DNA from: Blastochloris sp. | Lineage (GTDB): Bacteria; Verrucomicrobiota; Verrucomicrobiia; Methylacidiphilales; JAAUTS01 | Direction: 5' to 3' | NCBI GenBank assembly: GCA_012031345.1 | Contig: JAAUTS010000001.1 | Coordinates: 1 to 60,949, forward strand | Length of the DNA: 60,949 nt | Notes under the pieces: generated by a model | Told to the model about the DNA's origin: nothing | What the model saw: the letters and a program-made list of their open reading frames with translations, nothing else | The model's database searches: none | Translations under genes and position numbers: made by a program | In this document: piece by piece, positions 9,265 to 19,883 of the stretch | How the letters are laid out: each line of letters opens with the position of its first letter | Numbering within the stretch: position 1 is the stretch's first letter

Positions 9265-9905
9265 ATCCTGATACCACGAACCGCAAATGGAACTTTAGGG
9301 ACTCCGGTCATACTCAGGGTGTTGTCATTAAGCCAATTGTAGTTGAGACCAGCGTCCATCGTATGACCCGCGTTTTGCAACGCGAGTCTGGCCGTCAGGT
9401 TGCCTTCGTGTTTGAAGTGGGCCGTGAATTGGGTTGCATAAAACGATTCGAGCACAAGCAGATCATTATCAATCCAACGCCACTTGTTTTTGTCGGTTTC
9501 TCTGAGATTCAACAATGCCTGGTGAATTTCGTGGTGAATGAACCCCTTGGTAAAACATCTGGAGGTGATGCCTGTGATCTCAATGCCAAAGGAAAATTCT
9601 GAAGTCAAAGCAGAGGTGATCGAAAGACCATACTCGGGAAGACCTCCTGTGATTTCAAATTTGCTTTTGTCCGAAACATTTAACTTGAGTGCATTTGCGG
9701 CACCGAGCGCACTGGCGCAATCAGCCTCGGTTACGCCATCTGCAATCTCCCAAGCATAACCTTCAACATGCTTGAATCTGGGATCGGACAGCCACCACTC
9801 CACTTCCAACAGGGCTCCAGGAATCAATCTTTCCGTGGGTGCTGGTATCAAATACGCACCATAACGTTGTCTCATCTCATACGCAACTTTGGTCAATCCA
9901 GCCAT
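9261..9905 (-). CDS. gasdermin N-terminal-domain-like protein (candidate pore former), no C-terminal tail
   Basis: Start chosen at the ATG at 9905, which has GAGGAGG 5 nt upstream; the track ORF extends to 9989. 214 aa, beta-rich. By eye: LIPAPTERLIPGALL, amphipathic Gly/Ser/Thr strands (FEITGGLPEYGLSITSALTSEFSFGIEITGI), DLLVLESFYATQFTAHFKHEG and TLSMTGVPKVPFAVRGIRI follow the order of gasdermin-N elements. Confidence 0.4.
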   Translation of the reverse strand: MAGLTKVAYEMRQRYGAYLIPAPTERLIPGALLEVEWWLSDPRFKHVEGYAWEIADGVTEADCASALGAANALKLNVSDKSKFEITGGLPEYGLSITSALTSEFSFGIEITGITSRCFTKGFIHHEIHQALLNLRETDKNKWRWIDNDLLVLESFYATQFTAHFKHEGNLTARLALQNAGHTMDAGLNYNWLNDNTLSMTGVPKVPFAVRGIRI

Positions 9906-10031
9906 GAACGCCTCCTCATTATTTTGGTTTTGTAGATATTTCCCATGTCTACTTGACTTTTTGATAGGCATTCTTTGAACTTCAGGCAATTAGGGCTGAT
10001 TCTCTAGTTCACACCTTTGTCACAATAATTT

Positions 10032-10655
10032 ATGAAAAAGACACGGCTACAAATTGTGGATGATCATCCGGCCATACATGTTGCTTTGAGCCACATTATG
10101 GATGCGGCCCAGTATCATCTTGCGGCCTCAGCGTATTGCGCCACAGAAGCAGTGGCTCAATACAAGACCATCCCCATAGATGCGGTCGTGCTGGATCTGT
10201 CACTTCCTAGACATAAAGGTGAAACTGTAATCGATTTTCACCGAAGAAACAAAACCAATGTGCCCATCCTGATCTTTACCGGTTACTGCGATGCCTCGAG
10301 ATTGAGGCAATGCATGAAAAAGGTGCTCTTGGTTTGGTTCTAAAACTTTCACCCGTTGATGAAATCAAACTGGCCCTGGACTTTGTTGCCCGCCAAAGAA
10401 GGCCTTATGTTTCCCCGGCCTTTCGTCCCATGCTTCAAACAATAACAACCGAGGATCAGCACCCGGTTTTGACTCCCAGGGAAAATGAAGTGATTCGATG
10501 CATTGCCCAAAGCATGAGCAACAAAGAAAACCGCCCGCCTTCTGGGTTTGAGCGAAAGCACGGTTAAAATTCACCGCTCCAATCTGATGAGAAAGCTGAA
10601 ACTCCACGACACAGCCGCCGTCACCCGCCACGCTTTGAATCTTGGACTGATTTAA
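10032..10655 (+). CDS. NarL/LuxR-family response regulator (two frame breaks, ~10320 and ~10540)
   Basis: Receiver domain (IVDDHP...VVLDLSLP...) in ORF 10032..10343. The LuxR HTH LTPRENEVIRCIAQSMSNKE... continues in a third frame as ...TVKIHRSNLMRKLKLHDTAAVTRHALNLGLI, stop at 10653-10655. Both breaks lie at A-runs. Confidence 0.75.
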
Positions 10656-10664
10656 GCTGATTTC

Positions 10665-12505
10665 TCAAGGATTGACGGCCTTGATCGAGTCAATGCGAAC
10701 CTGCCGGACATCGCCACTTTCCAGGGGCAGCTCCACGGTGTCGCCCACCTTCTTCTGCTGCAAAGCCTGACCCACCGCAGTGAGGTAAGCCACGATGCCC
10801 TTTTCCGGCGCGGAATCCCAAGCTCCCATGATTTGGTAGCTGAGTTTTTCCGAGGTCTTGAGGTCAGTCAATTCCACCGTGGTGCCGATGTTGACCAGTG
10901 ACGTGTCGGCTCCCTTGAAGTCGGTTCCTTGGGCGCGCAGCAACATGCTTTCCAGCTCCGCCCGGCGACGCATAATGACGCTCTGCATTTCCTTGGCTGC
11001 CTTGAACTCGCTGTTTTCGCGCAGATCGCCGTAGGAACGGGCCACCGCGATGTCCTTGGTGTTCTGGGGAATTTTGTTTTGGATGATGTCCTGCAACTCT
11101 TCCTTGCGCTTCTCCAAACTTTCCCAGGAGACGACCAGAGTGCTGAGATCCTTCTCTTTGTCCTTGGAAGAGGAGCCGCCGATGATCATTTCCTGCACAA
11201 AGGGGTAGAGCTTGACCAGGGCCGCCAGCACGGAACGCTTGTCAAGTTCATCAAAAATCGGACTGAGCATGATGGCCCGGGTGACATCCCGGACCTCATC
11301 GTTGCCCGCACTTTTCAACATCTCGGCAATGAGTTCTTTGCGCGTGACGAAAAGATCCTGGAGCCGCCCGGAACGCTTGCTGCCTTCCAACTGATCCAGT
11401 TCCAACACGGAAAGAATGGCGTAAAGGAGTTGAACGTTGAACAGTTTCTTGATGTCAGGATCCTTCGACTTGCAGATCCAGATGAGGAACTCGAAATGCA
11501 GGTTGCGCTCCCGGATCAAACGTTCGATGGCCGCGATGATCTCTTCCTTGCGTCCGTCCTTCTCGAAGAATCGATGATGACCTCTGCCACCCGTCCGTTG
11601 GCCATGGGCAGGATTTGCATGGTGAAGGTGGGCCAGTTGACGCCGTAGATGGCAGCGGCGCGGCCCACGGCCTTGCCCTGCTTGGAGGCGGTCAGGTTGT
11701 TGATCAGGTTAACCAACTGCTTGGGTTCACGGGGCAAAAGTTTGGTCGTGGCATTGGCCGGAATCTTGGCCTCCAACTTGGCCGCTTCAATCAACTCATC
11801 CCGCATGATGGCCAATTCCACCGCCGAGACCAATTGGGAGCTGGGAACTTTGGAGAGGGTCTCGTCAATATCCGCCACCAGGGTTTCCACCAGGGAGGCG
11901 TCTCCCAGATCTTTGGAATGCTTCAGGGTCTCTTCCAGAGCGGCCAGCTTGGCCTTGGGACCGATCACCTTGGAAACCGAAGCCACCGCCTCGGCTCCCA
12001 GATCCGGCGGAGCTTCGTGCAGGATGATGGTTTCAGAACGTTTGGTTGGCAGGGTGAAGTGTCCGTCTTTCTTCACCGCACGCTTGGCCGCGTCCCACCA
12101 CTTTTTCCAATCCGCCTTCGATACGACCGAAGGGCAGAGCACCGCCTCGATGCGATCAGGCGAAGCCGCAGGCTGGAGGCTCTTCACCACGGAACGCATC
12201 GTAGCCAGAGGATCGGTGGCCGCCTCTTTTTTGACCGCGTCCAAATCGCTCAATTTGCGGCTCTCAATGTGATCGTCTTCCAAAAGCAGCAGCGAACTGG
12301 CGGAGTATTCAAAATCCATGGGGTGTCCGGGTTTGCCGGGAAAATCAATCAGCAAACGCTTGGAGACAAAATCCCGCTCCACAATGCGTCCGGTGCCCCA
12401 GCTGCGGTGAAAGCAGCACTTTCCGGGGAGAAGTTGATCTAATTTTTGCGCCAAGTGAAGAGGCAACCGTTCTGTGTCAACCAACTGTTGTAAATCGCTA
12501 TCCAT
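10665..12505 (-). CDS. large GreA/GreB-domain protein (~613 aa; frame break near 11535)
   Basis: The C-terminal ~150 aa are GreA-like (ARSYGDLRENSEFKAAKE...IGTTVEL...). ORFs 11516..12505 and 10665..11519 join as ...VAEVIID/FFEKDGRKEEIIAAIERLIRERN if one base is restored in gattcttcgag. Confidence 0.65.
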
Positions 12506-12622
12506 CGTTTATGAGGATTACAGGTGAATAAACCACAATGCAACGGGAAAGCGCATATTTCTTAACGGCTCCCCTCGCTTCCCTCTTTCTATGAGCCTCC
12601 AACTCTGGTTGACTTCCCCCTC

Positions 12623-13539
12623 ATGAACAAGCAAGCAAGCCCCTTGCAGGGCTCCCAAGTGATCCTGGCCGACCGTTGGCAGGAGTATCAGCTTCTGGAT
12701 ACGGGCGACGGCATGAAGCTCGAACGCTGGGGTGATGTGGTCTTGGTGCGACCCGATCCCCAGATCATCTGGCCCCGCCAGGCCCGTGCGGATTGGGAGA
12801 CTTGGGATGGTTATTATCATCGCAGCGAGTCCGGTGGTGGTTCCTGGGAGTTTCGTCGCAAACTTCCCGAATCCTGGACCCTGGACTACGGGACATTGCG
12901 TTTTAAAATCCGACCCACGGATTTCAAACATACGGGACTCTTCCCCGAGCAAGCGGCCAACTGGGATTGGTGTTCACAACTGATCCGTCGCGCCAAAACC
13001 CAAAACCCGCAACGTGAGATTCAAGTCCTGAACCTCTTCGGCTACACAGGTGCCGCCACCCTGGCCTGTGCCGCCGCAGGCGCCGCCGTTTGTCACGTGG
13101 ACGCCTCAAAAGGCATGGTGCAGTGGTGCCGGGAAAATGCAGCCCTCTGCGGTCTCTCCTCATCCCCCATCCGTTACATCACGGAGGATTGTCTGAAATT
13201 TGTTCATCGTGAAATCAAGCGGGGCCGGAAGTATGACGCCATCATCATGGATCCCCCCACTTACGGGCGGGGTAGTTCGGGGGAAATCTGGAAGCTGGAA
13301 GTTCATTTGTGGCAACTACTTCAGGATTGTCAGGCCATCCTCAGTGCGGAACCCCTCTTTTCCTGATCAACAGTTATACTAACAAACTCTCCCCTCTGAC
13401 CCTGGCCAATCTACTTTCTGATCTCTTCCCCCACTCCCGAGGCACCATCCAAGTCTCCGAACTGGGTCTCCCCAGTCAGCGCAACCTCAAAATCCTGCCC
13501 TGCGGCATCCTCGGACGTTGGGAACATCAAATGGATTAG
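12623..13539 (+). CDS. class I SAM-dependent (RlmI/RlmK-like) methyltransferase (frame break ~13360)
   Basis: VLNLFGYTGAATLACA (motif I) and IIMDPPTYGRG (motif IV). The C-terminus continues in ORF 13309..13539. Confidence 0.7.
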
Positions 13540-13600
13540 TCGTGGGAGCATTTGTCAGAGAGCACTCGACCCGATTTGTTTTTTAGCCTACACACTATAC

Positions 13601-14381
13601 ATGCCGATTCTGATCCTGAGCCTTATCCTGCTCCTGCCCGTCCTGCCAGCCTTGGCCTCTGAAGAGGGCGATTACTTTGGCAAAACCGAAAGTTCACAGA
13701 GTGCGCTCATCGGCATCCTCTATGATCTCAAGCAAAACGCAATCACGACAGAAAACCAGCGAAACTCCCAAAAGTTATTTAACCGTATTGGGACGCTTTT
13801 TGGACCAAAGTTGGGATGAATCGGTCCTGAACAAGTATTACCGGGTAACGAGAGCTCTCTACACCACTCAGCTTTGGATCCCCAAGATTCGGGCGGAATC
13901 CGCTCCGAAAGCCTTCGGCGCCTCCAGCACCGTTGAACCCCGCATGTGGATGGTTCATTACAAGGGACAAGTTTCCGCCCCGGAGGATGGCACTTATCGC
14001 TTTGTCGGAATCGCCGACAACATCCTAGCCGTGGCCGTCAATTCCAAGACCGTGCTGGTGGCTTACATCAAAGACTCCAAAGTGCCCTGTGCTTGGACGA
14101 CTGAAAACAAAAACGGGCTCAATGATGCTTATGTCCCGGTGTCTTTTTCAGCGTTCAATGGTGATTGGATTGAGTTGAAGAAAAATCAACCCTTCGACTT
14201 GGATATCATCACCGGAGAACGCCCAGGAGGGGCATTCTATTCTTTCCTGATGGTGGAAAAAAAGGGACAAGTTTATCCCAAACACTCCTCGGGCAAAACG
14301 CTCCTACCACCCTTCCAAGTAGCTCCTCAAACTCTGCCTAAGCCATTCGTAGCGGGCAAAATATGGAAAGCGGAGCAGTAA
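13601..14381 (+). CDS. secreted PA14-like domain protein (frame break ~13720-13790)
   Basis: Signal peptide MPILILSLILLLPVLPALA. PA14-like core WMVHYKGQVSAPEDGTYRFVGIADNILAVAVNSK. Confidence 0.6.
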
Positions 14382-14419
14382 AAGTCAGCGGGAATATAAC
14401 ACACCAGCAAAGTCGAGCC

Positions 14420-15201
14420 TTAAGCTGCTTCCGAACTCATGGCGGGACGTCCTAACAGCTTGGTGCGGACGGAGGCGATGGCGTAGTCGCGATTCAGTTT
14501 GGCAATAAAATCCGCGCTGATTCCTTTGGGACAAACCGCTTCGCAGGCATAGGTGTTGCTGCAGTTCCCGAAGCCTTCCTTGTCCATCTGCTCCACCATA
14601 TTCAGGACACGGACATCTTTTCCGTGCGACCCTGGGGCAGACTGTTGAGATGCGCCGCTTTGGCTGAAACAAAAAGCATGGCGGAGGAGTTTTTGCAGGC
14701 AGCTACGCAGGCGCCACAACCGATGCAGGCCGCCGCATCCATGGCCGTGTCCGCACTATCCTTGCTGACCAGGATGGCGTTGGCGTCGGGAGCCGACCCC
14801 GTGGAAACCGAGATGAAGCCTCCCCGTTGAATGATCCGATCAAAGGAAGAACGGTCGATGATGAGATCCCGCAGGACCGGAAAGGCACGGGAACGGAAAG
14901 GCTCCACTGTGATCACGTCGCCGTCCTGGAAACTTCTCATGTAGGTCTGGCAACTGGCCACTTTGTTTTCCGGACCATGCGGCTCGCCATCAATCATGAG
15001 ACTGCAACTGCCGCAGATTCCCTCACGACAATCATGTTCAAAGGCGATGGGCTCCTTCCCGCTGAGGGTCAGGTCTTCGTTCACCACATCCAACATCTCC
15101 AAAAACGACATGTTGGGGTTGAGATCGCGCGCCTCATACTCCTCGAAACAACCTTCAACCTTGGTGGAGGCTTGTCTCCAGACTCTAAGTTTGACATTCA
15201 T
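14420..15201 (-). CDS. sdhB: succinate dehydrogenase/fumarate reductase iron-sulfur subunit (frame break ~14620-14700)
   Basis: 2Fe-2[10 protein letters not shown], 4Fe-4[12 protein letters not shown] and C-terminal [15 protein letters not shown] split over ORFs 14602..15201 and 14420..14719. Confidence 0.85.
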
Positions 15202-17114
15202 TACTTGTAGCTCCTCTGCGACATCTGCACTTCCTCATACACCAGGGGCTCCTGGTGAAGTTTCGGACCGCTTCCATTTCCATATTCCCAAGCGGATACA
15301 AAAGCGAAGCGGTCATCGTGACGCAAAGCCTCTCCTTCCTCCGTTTGGTGCTCGGTCCTGAAATGACCCCCACAGGATTCTTCACGCTCCAGCGCGTCCC
15401 GGCAAACCAGTTCTCCCAGCTCCAGGAAATCCGCCACACGACCCGCTTTTTCCAGGGATTGATTGATCTCCTCGCCATCGCCGGGAACGTTGACATTGCT
15501 CCAAAATTCCTCGCGCAGGGCAGGGATCAGTTCCAGTGCCTTCTGCAATCCGGCCTTGTCGCGCGCCATGCCGCAGTAATCCCACATGATTTTACCCAGT
15601 TCCTTGTGGAAAGAGTTGACCGTGCGTTTTCCATTGATGCCCAGCATGGTCCCGAGCTTGTCCCGGCTTTCCTTTTCCGTGCTGGTGAATTCGCTCTGCG
15701 TGGTGCTCGGCCTTTTTTCTTTGGTCGCAGCCAGGTAGTTATTGATGGTGTAAGGCAGAACAAAATAACCATCCGCCAAGCCCTGCATCAATGCGCTGGC
15801 ACCGAGTCGGTTCGCCCCGTGGTCCGAGAAGTTGGCTTCTCCAATCACAAACAATCCGGGCAGGTTGTCATCAAGTCGTAGTCCACCCAGAGTCCCCCCC
15901 ATGGTGTAATGGATGGCGGGATAAATCCGCATGGGTTGCTCGTAGGCATTTTCTCCGGTGATCTCTTTGTAAATGTCAAATAGGTTGCCGTAACGTTCCT
16001 CAATCTTGTGCTGACCGAGGCGTTGGATGGAATCCGCAAAGTCCAGATAGACGCCCAACCCCCCCGGCCCCACTCCTCGGCCTTCATCACAGACTTCCTT
16101 GGCCGAACGCGATGAAATGTCGCGCGGGGCGAGGTTGCCGTAACTGGGATATTTCCGTTCCAGAAAGTAGTCGCGATCTTCTTCCTTGATGGAGGAAGGG
16201 GTCTTGCCCGTGTCCTCCTTCTTCTTCGGCACCCAGACTCTGCCATCGTTACGCAGTGACTCGGACATGAGGGTGAGTTTGGATTGGTAATCGCCGGACA
16301 CCGGGATGCAGGTCGGGTGAATCTGGGTGTAACAAGGGTTGGCCAGATAAGCACCGCGCTTGTGTGCCCGCCAGATGGCCGTGGCATTCGAGAGGCGTCC
16401 GTAGGTGGAAAGATACCAGAGATTGCCATAACCTCCGGTGGCCAGAACCACGGCGTCTGCGGCAAAGGTCTTGATCTCACCCGTGGCCAGATTACGGGTC
16501 ACGATGCCTTTGGCATGACCATTGACTGTCACTAAATCCAGCATCTCATGGCGCAAATAAGATTCCACCGCGCCCAAACCAATCTGACGGCTCAAAGCTT
16601 GGTAAGCTCCCAACAAAAGTTGCTGACCCGTCTGCCCGCGTGCGTAGAAGGTGCGGGAGACCTGCGCTCCTCCGAAGGAACGGTTGTCCAACATGCCGCC
16701 GTATTCACGGGCAAAAGGAACGCCTTGAGCTGCACATTGGTCGATGATGTTTACGCTGACTTGCGCCAGGCGATAAACGTTGGCTTCGCGGGCGCGAAAA
16801 TCACCACCCTTGATCGTGTCGTAGAACAGGCGGTGGATGCTGTCGCCATCATTCCGGTAATTCTTGGCCGCATTGATCCCGCCCTGAGCGGCCACGCTGT
16901 GAGCCCGGCGCGGGCTGTCGTGGTAGGAAAATGATTTAACCTTGTAACCCAGCTCCGCCAAGGAAGCTGCGGCTGAAGCTCCGGCGAGTCCCGTGCCCAC
17001 CACGATGACTTCAAACTTACGCTTGTTGTTGGGTGCGACCAGCTTGGAGCCAGCCTTGTAGTTGTCCCATTTGTTGGCCAGTGGCCCCGTAGGAATGTTG
17101 GAATTGAGTGCCAT
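15201..17114 (-). CDS. sdhA: succinate dehydrogenase/fumarate reductase flavoprotein subunit
   Basis: About 637 aa. FAD-binding [29 protein letters not shown] and catalytic-region motifs. The ATG at 17114 sits just after the sdhC stop. Confidence 0.9.
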   Translation of the reverse strand: MALNSNIPTGPLANKWDNYKAGSKLVAPNNKRKFEVIVVGTGLAGASAAASLAELGYKVKSFSYHDSPRRAHSVAAQGGINAAKNYRNDGDSIHRLFYDTIKGGDFRAREANVYRLAQVSVNIIDQCAAQGVPFAREYGGMLDNRSFGGAQVSRTFYARGQTGQQLLLGAYQALSRQIGLGAVESYLRHEMLDLVTVNGHAKGIVTRNLATGEIKTFAADAVVLATGGYGNLWYLSTYGRLSNATAIWRAHKRGAYLANPCYTQIHPTCIPVSGDYQSKLTLMSESLRNDGRVWVPKKKEDTGKTPSSIKEEDRDYFLERKYPSYGNLAPRDISSRSAKEVCDEGRGVGPGGLGVYLDFADSIQRLGQHKIEERYGNLFDIYKEITGENAYEQPMRIYPAIHYTMGGTLGGLRLDDNLPGLFVIGEANFSDHGANRLGASALMQGLADGYFVLPYTINNYLAATKEKRPSTTQSEFTSTEKESRDKLGTMLGINGKRTVNSFHKELGKIMWDYCGMARDKAGLQKALELIPALREEFWSNVNVPGDGEEINQSLEKAGRVADFLELGELVCRDALEREESCGGHFRTEHQTEEGEALRHDDRFAFVSAWEYGNGSGPKLHQEPLVYEEVQMSQRSYK

Positions 17115-17116
17115 GC

Positions 17117-17800
17117 TTATTCGATCCATTTGAAGAGAACGGCCGTGGGAACCACTGCCATACCTGCGAAAATCACCAGAGCCAGACCCAGGGAAGCCCT
17201 GTCTAAAAATACGGCGGAACGAGCATTCCTAAAACCCAGGGACTGAAACATGCTGGAGATCCCGTGGCTCAAGTGCCAGCTCAGAAGCCCGACTGAGGCA
17301 ATGTAGAAGAGGGAAATCCAGGGATTGCTGAATCCTTCAATTACCATGGTGTACACATCATAACGCTGCTGCTCATCTTTGGGCAGCACATGAGCATTGT
17401 ATTCCACACCGATCACTCCGGCGGTAAAGTGGAGAATGTGAAAAACAATGAACGCCAGAACAATCGTTCCGCTGATAATCATGGTGCGTGAGGCCCAGGA
17501 AGAGAGGCTCTTCTCCTTGACGTAGTTTTGCCCGCGCGCCTTGCGGTTGTCGATCACCAGAGAGATGGCCGCGCCGAGGTGCAGCACCACCATGGCCAGC
17601 AAAGCCAGACGGAAGGCCCAAAGAACTTCAGCCGAACTTTTCAAAAGCTTGGCGTAAGCGTTTAAAGTGTCTTGCCCGATGAATATCTGCAGGTTCCCCA
17701 GCATGTGGATAATGGTGAATCCCACCAGGCCGAAACCCGTGATCCCCATGATGTATTTCCGGCCCAGGGAAGAGGTGAAAATTTGGGTGAGTGCGGTCAT
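17117..17800 (-). CDS. sdhC: succinate dehydrogenase cytochrome b subunit (b558-type)
   Basis: 227 aa, 5 TM helices with conserved His residues. Immediately upstream of sdhA and sdhB. Confidence 0.75.
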   Translation of the reverse strand: MTALTQIFTSSLGRKYIMGITGFGLVGFTIIHMLGNLQIFIGQDTLNAYAKLLKSSAEVLWAFRLALLAMVVLHLGAAISLVIDNRKARGQNYVKEKSLSSWASRTMIISGTIVLAFIVFHILHFTAGVIGVEYNAHVLPKDEQQRYDVYTMVIEGFSNPWISLFYIASVGLLSWHLSHGISSMFQSLGFRNARSAVFLDRASLGLALVIFAGMAVVPTAVLFKWIE

Positions 17801-17908
17801 AATTGGACTAGTAAATCGTGCTGATGGTTGAGGTCTTTGGAGAAAGTATTTTCTTTGCGCTAAGAAGTCAAAACAGGAGAGTTGCTTTTCGTCAATTATA
17901 AGTATCCA

Positions 17909-18586
17909 CTATTTTCTTAAACAGTCCGCTAATACGTCGCGCAAATCCCGTCCCGGTCTGTCCACCAGACGAATCCCCCAGCCCGCTGACCTCGCGCCCT
18001 CTTCATCAAATCTCGGCTCATCCCCCACCAGGATGGCCTGGGAAGCCTCTATTTTAAAGCGTTCCATGGCGATTTGAAAAATTCCAAGATGCGGCTTCTC
18101 CACTCCCACTTCACTTGAAATCACACAGTCCTCAAAATAATCCATCAACTCCAAACCGCTGAGAATTGATCTCAGTCTTCGATCCCAGTTGGATAACACT
18201 CCGAGGCGATAACCCCTCTGCCTCAATTCACTCAAACATCCTTCCACTTCGGGAAAAATTTTCCAAATCCCAGGCCGCGCAAAATACCCGTAGAGTTCTT
18301 CGAAATAATCATTGAAGGGAAAAGCTTCCGGTCTCGGATGCTGCGACCACGCCTCAAGCACCAGCGATCTCCACCATCCCTTGTCATCCTTGATTCTGTT
18401 TCCAGCCACCGGATCCCGCGGCTCAAGTGATTTCCATGCCCTTTTGAATCCCTCCTGTAGAATCAAAGCATCCGCCCTCAAACCGTAATGCCAAGCCATC
18501 TCGGCATAATAGTAGCCCACAGGTTGAGCCAAACGAATCAAGGTCCCACCCACATCGAAAAAAATAACCTGATTCATCTTATCCAT
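17909..18586 (-). CDS. HAD-superfamily hydrolase (REG-2-like subfamily)
   Basis: Motif I-like VIFFDVGGTL, LGVLSNWD and VGDEPRFDEEGA. Confidence 0.65.
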   Translation of the reverse strand: MDKMNQVIFFDVGGTLIRLAQPVGYYYAEMAWHYGLRADALILQEGFKRAWKSLEPRDPVAGNRIKDDKGWWRSLVLEAWSQHPRPEAFPFNDYFEELYGYFARPGIWKIFPEVEGCLSELRQRGYRLGVLSNWDRRLRSILSGLELMDYFEDCVISSEVGVEKPHLGIFQIAMERFKIEASQAILVGDEPRFDEEGARSAGWGIRLVDRPGRDLRDVLADCLRK

Positions 18587-19868
18587 TGAGCCTCAGTTCA
18601 TGCGGATGATTCTTGAGCAGAGCAAGCACTTCCCCGATTAGATAGAGCGAGCCCAGGATCAACGTACTCTTCCCGCTCAAGCGGGCCTGCGCCAACGCTT
18701 CGTTCAGGTCCGTAAATTGCCGGGTTTCCGAGCGCACAAACGCCGTCGCTAATTGCGCGGTTCCCACGCTACGGGGTGTGGCTACGGGAACCAACAGAAC
18801 CAGGCTCTCGCAGGGATCGAGAAGTTGCCCCATGGCTGCCAGCTCCTTTTCTTGGACACATCCGAAAACGATCTGTTCCGGTGGCCGACCAAAACCAGGC
18901 TCGCCAGGACGCCAGCACTCCTTCGATACCTTGGACATTGTGGGCACCGTCCAAAACCCAAGGTGGCTCCCAACTCAACACCTGAAAGCGTCCCGGCCAG
19001 CTTGCCTCGGCCAAACCACGCTCTTTTGCCTCCTCCGTAATCTTCCAACCCCGCTCACCTAACAGCTCCGCCGTCGCTAAAGCCAGCCGTGCATTCCCCG
19101 CTTGATAGATCCCCAGCAGACCCAAATTCCACTCTCGCCCCTGCGACTCAATCTTCAGCGCGGCTGCATCGCCACTCCTCACACATTGGATACCCTTCTC
19201 GGCCCTTGAAACCACACGCACCTCACAGTCCAATTCCCCGGCACGATTCGCAAAAACCCGACTCACACCCTCATCTGTAAATTCTTCCCACAGCACCGGC
19301 ACCCCTTTCTTCAAGATGCCCGCTTTCTCCGTCGCAATTTTCTCCAGCGTGTCCCCCAGATACTCCATATGATCCCAGCCAATCCCCGTAATCACACAAC
19401 ACTCCGGCTCCACCACATTGGTCGCGTCCAGCCTCCCCCCCAAACCCGTTTCCCAGACCACCAAGTCCACCTGCTTTTCCACAAAATGCAGCAGCGCCAT
19501 ACCCGTCATCACTTCAAAAAAGACGCATCTTTCAGCTCCGGACTCGATTCCACCAAAACCCGGATTCTTGTCGTGTGTCGTAGGATCTCCTCCCGCGTGA
19601 TCGCCTCCGTTCCCACCCGGATTCTTTCGCCCACTTCGATCAGGTGCGGCGAGGTGTAAAGACCGGTCCGATACCCGGAGGCCCGCAGAATGGATTCCAA
19701 AAACGCGGAGGTCGATCCCTTCCCATTGGTCCCCGCAAGATGAACAAACTTCAGTTGCTTCTCAGGATTTCCCAGTTTAGCGCAGAGACCGCGCATCGTC
19801 TCCAAGCCCAACCTGATCCCGAAGCGATGCAGGTTGAACAGATACCCAACACACTGCTCGTAGGTCAC
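18579..19868 (-). CDS. folC: bifunctional folylpolyglutamate synthase/dihydrofolate synthase (two frame breaks, ~19510 and ~18800-18950)
   Basis: P-loop HLAGTNGKGST; ...WETGLGGRLDATNV...DGAHN...; the Mur-ligase C-terminal segment GSLYLIGEVL is in the third ORF. Confidence 0.85.
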
Positions 19869-19883
19869 GCAAGTCAGGGCGCC

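Noticed and set aside
10929-12442. Plus-strand ORFs (239, 275 and 207 aa) over the GreA-like gene
   Set aside because: Low-complexity Gly/Leu/Gln-rich translations antisense to a frame with GreA motifs.
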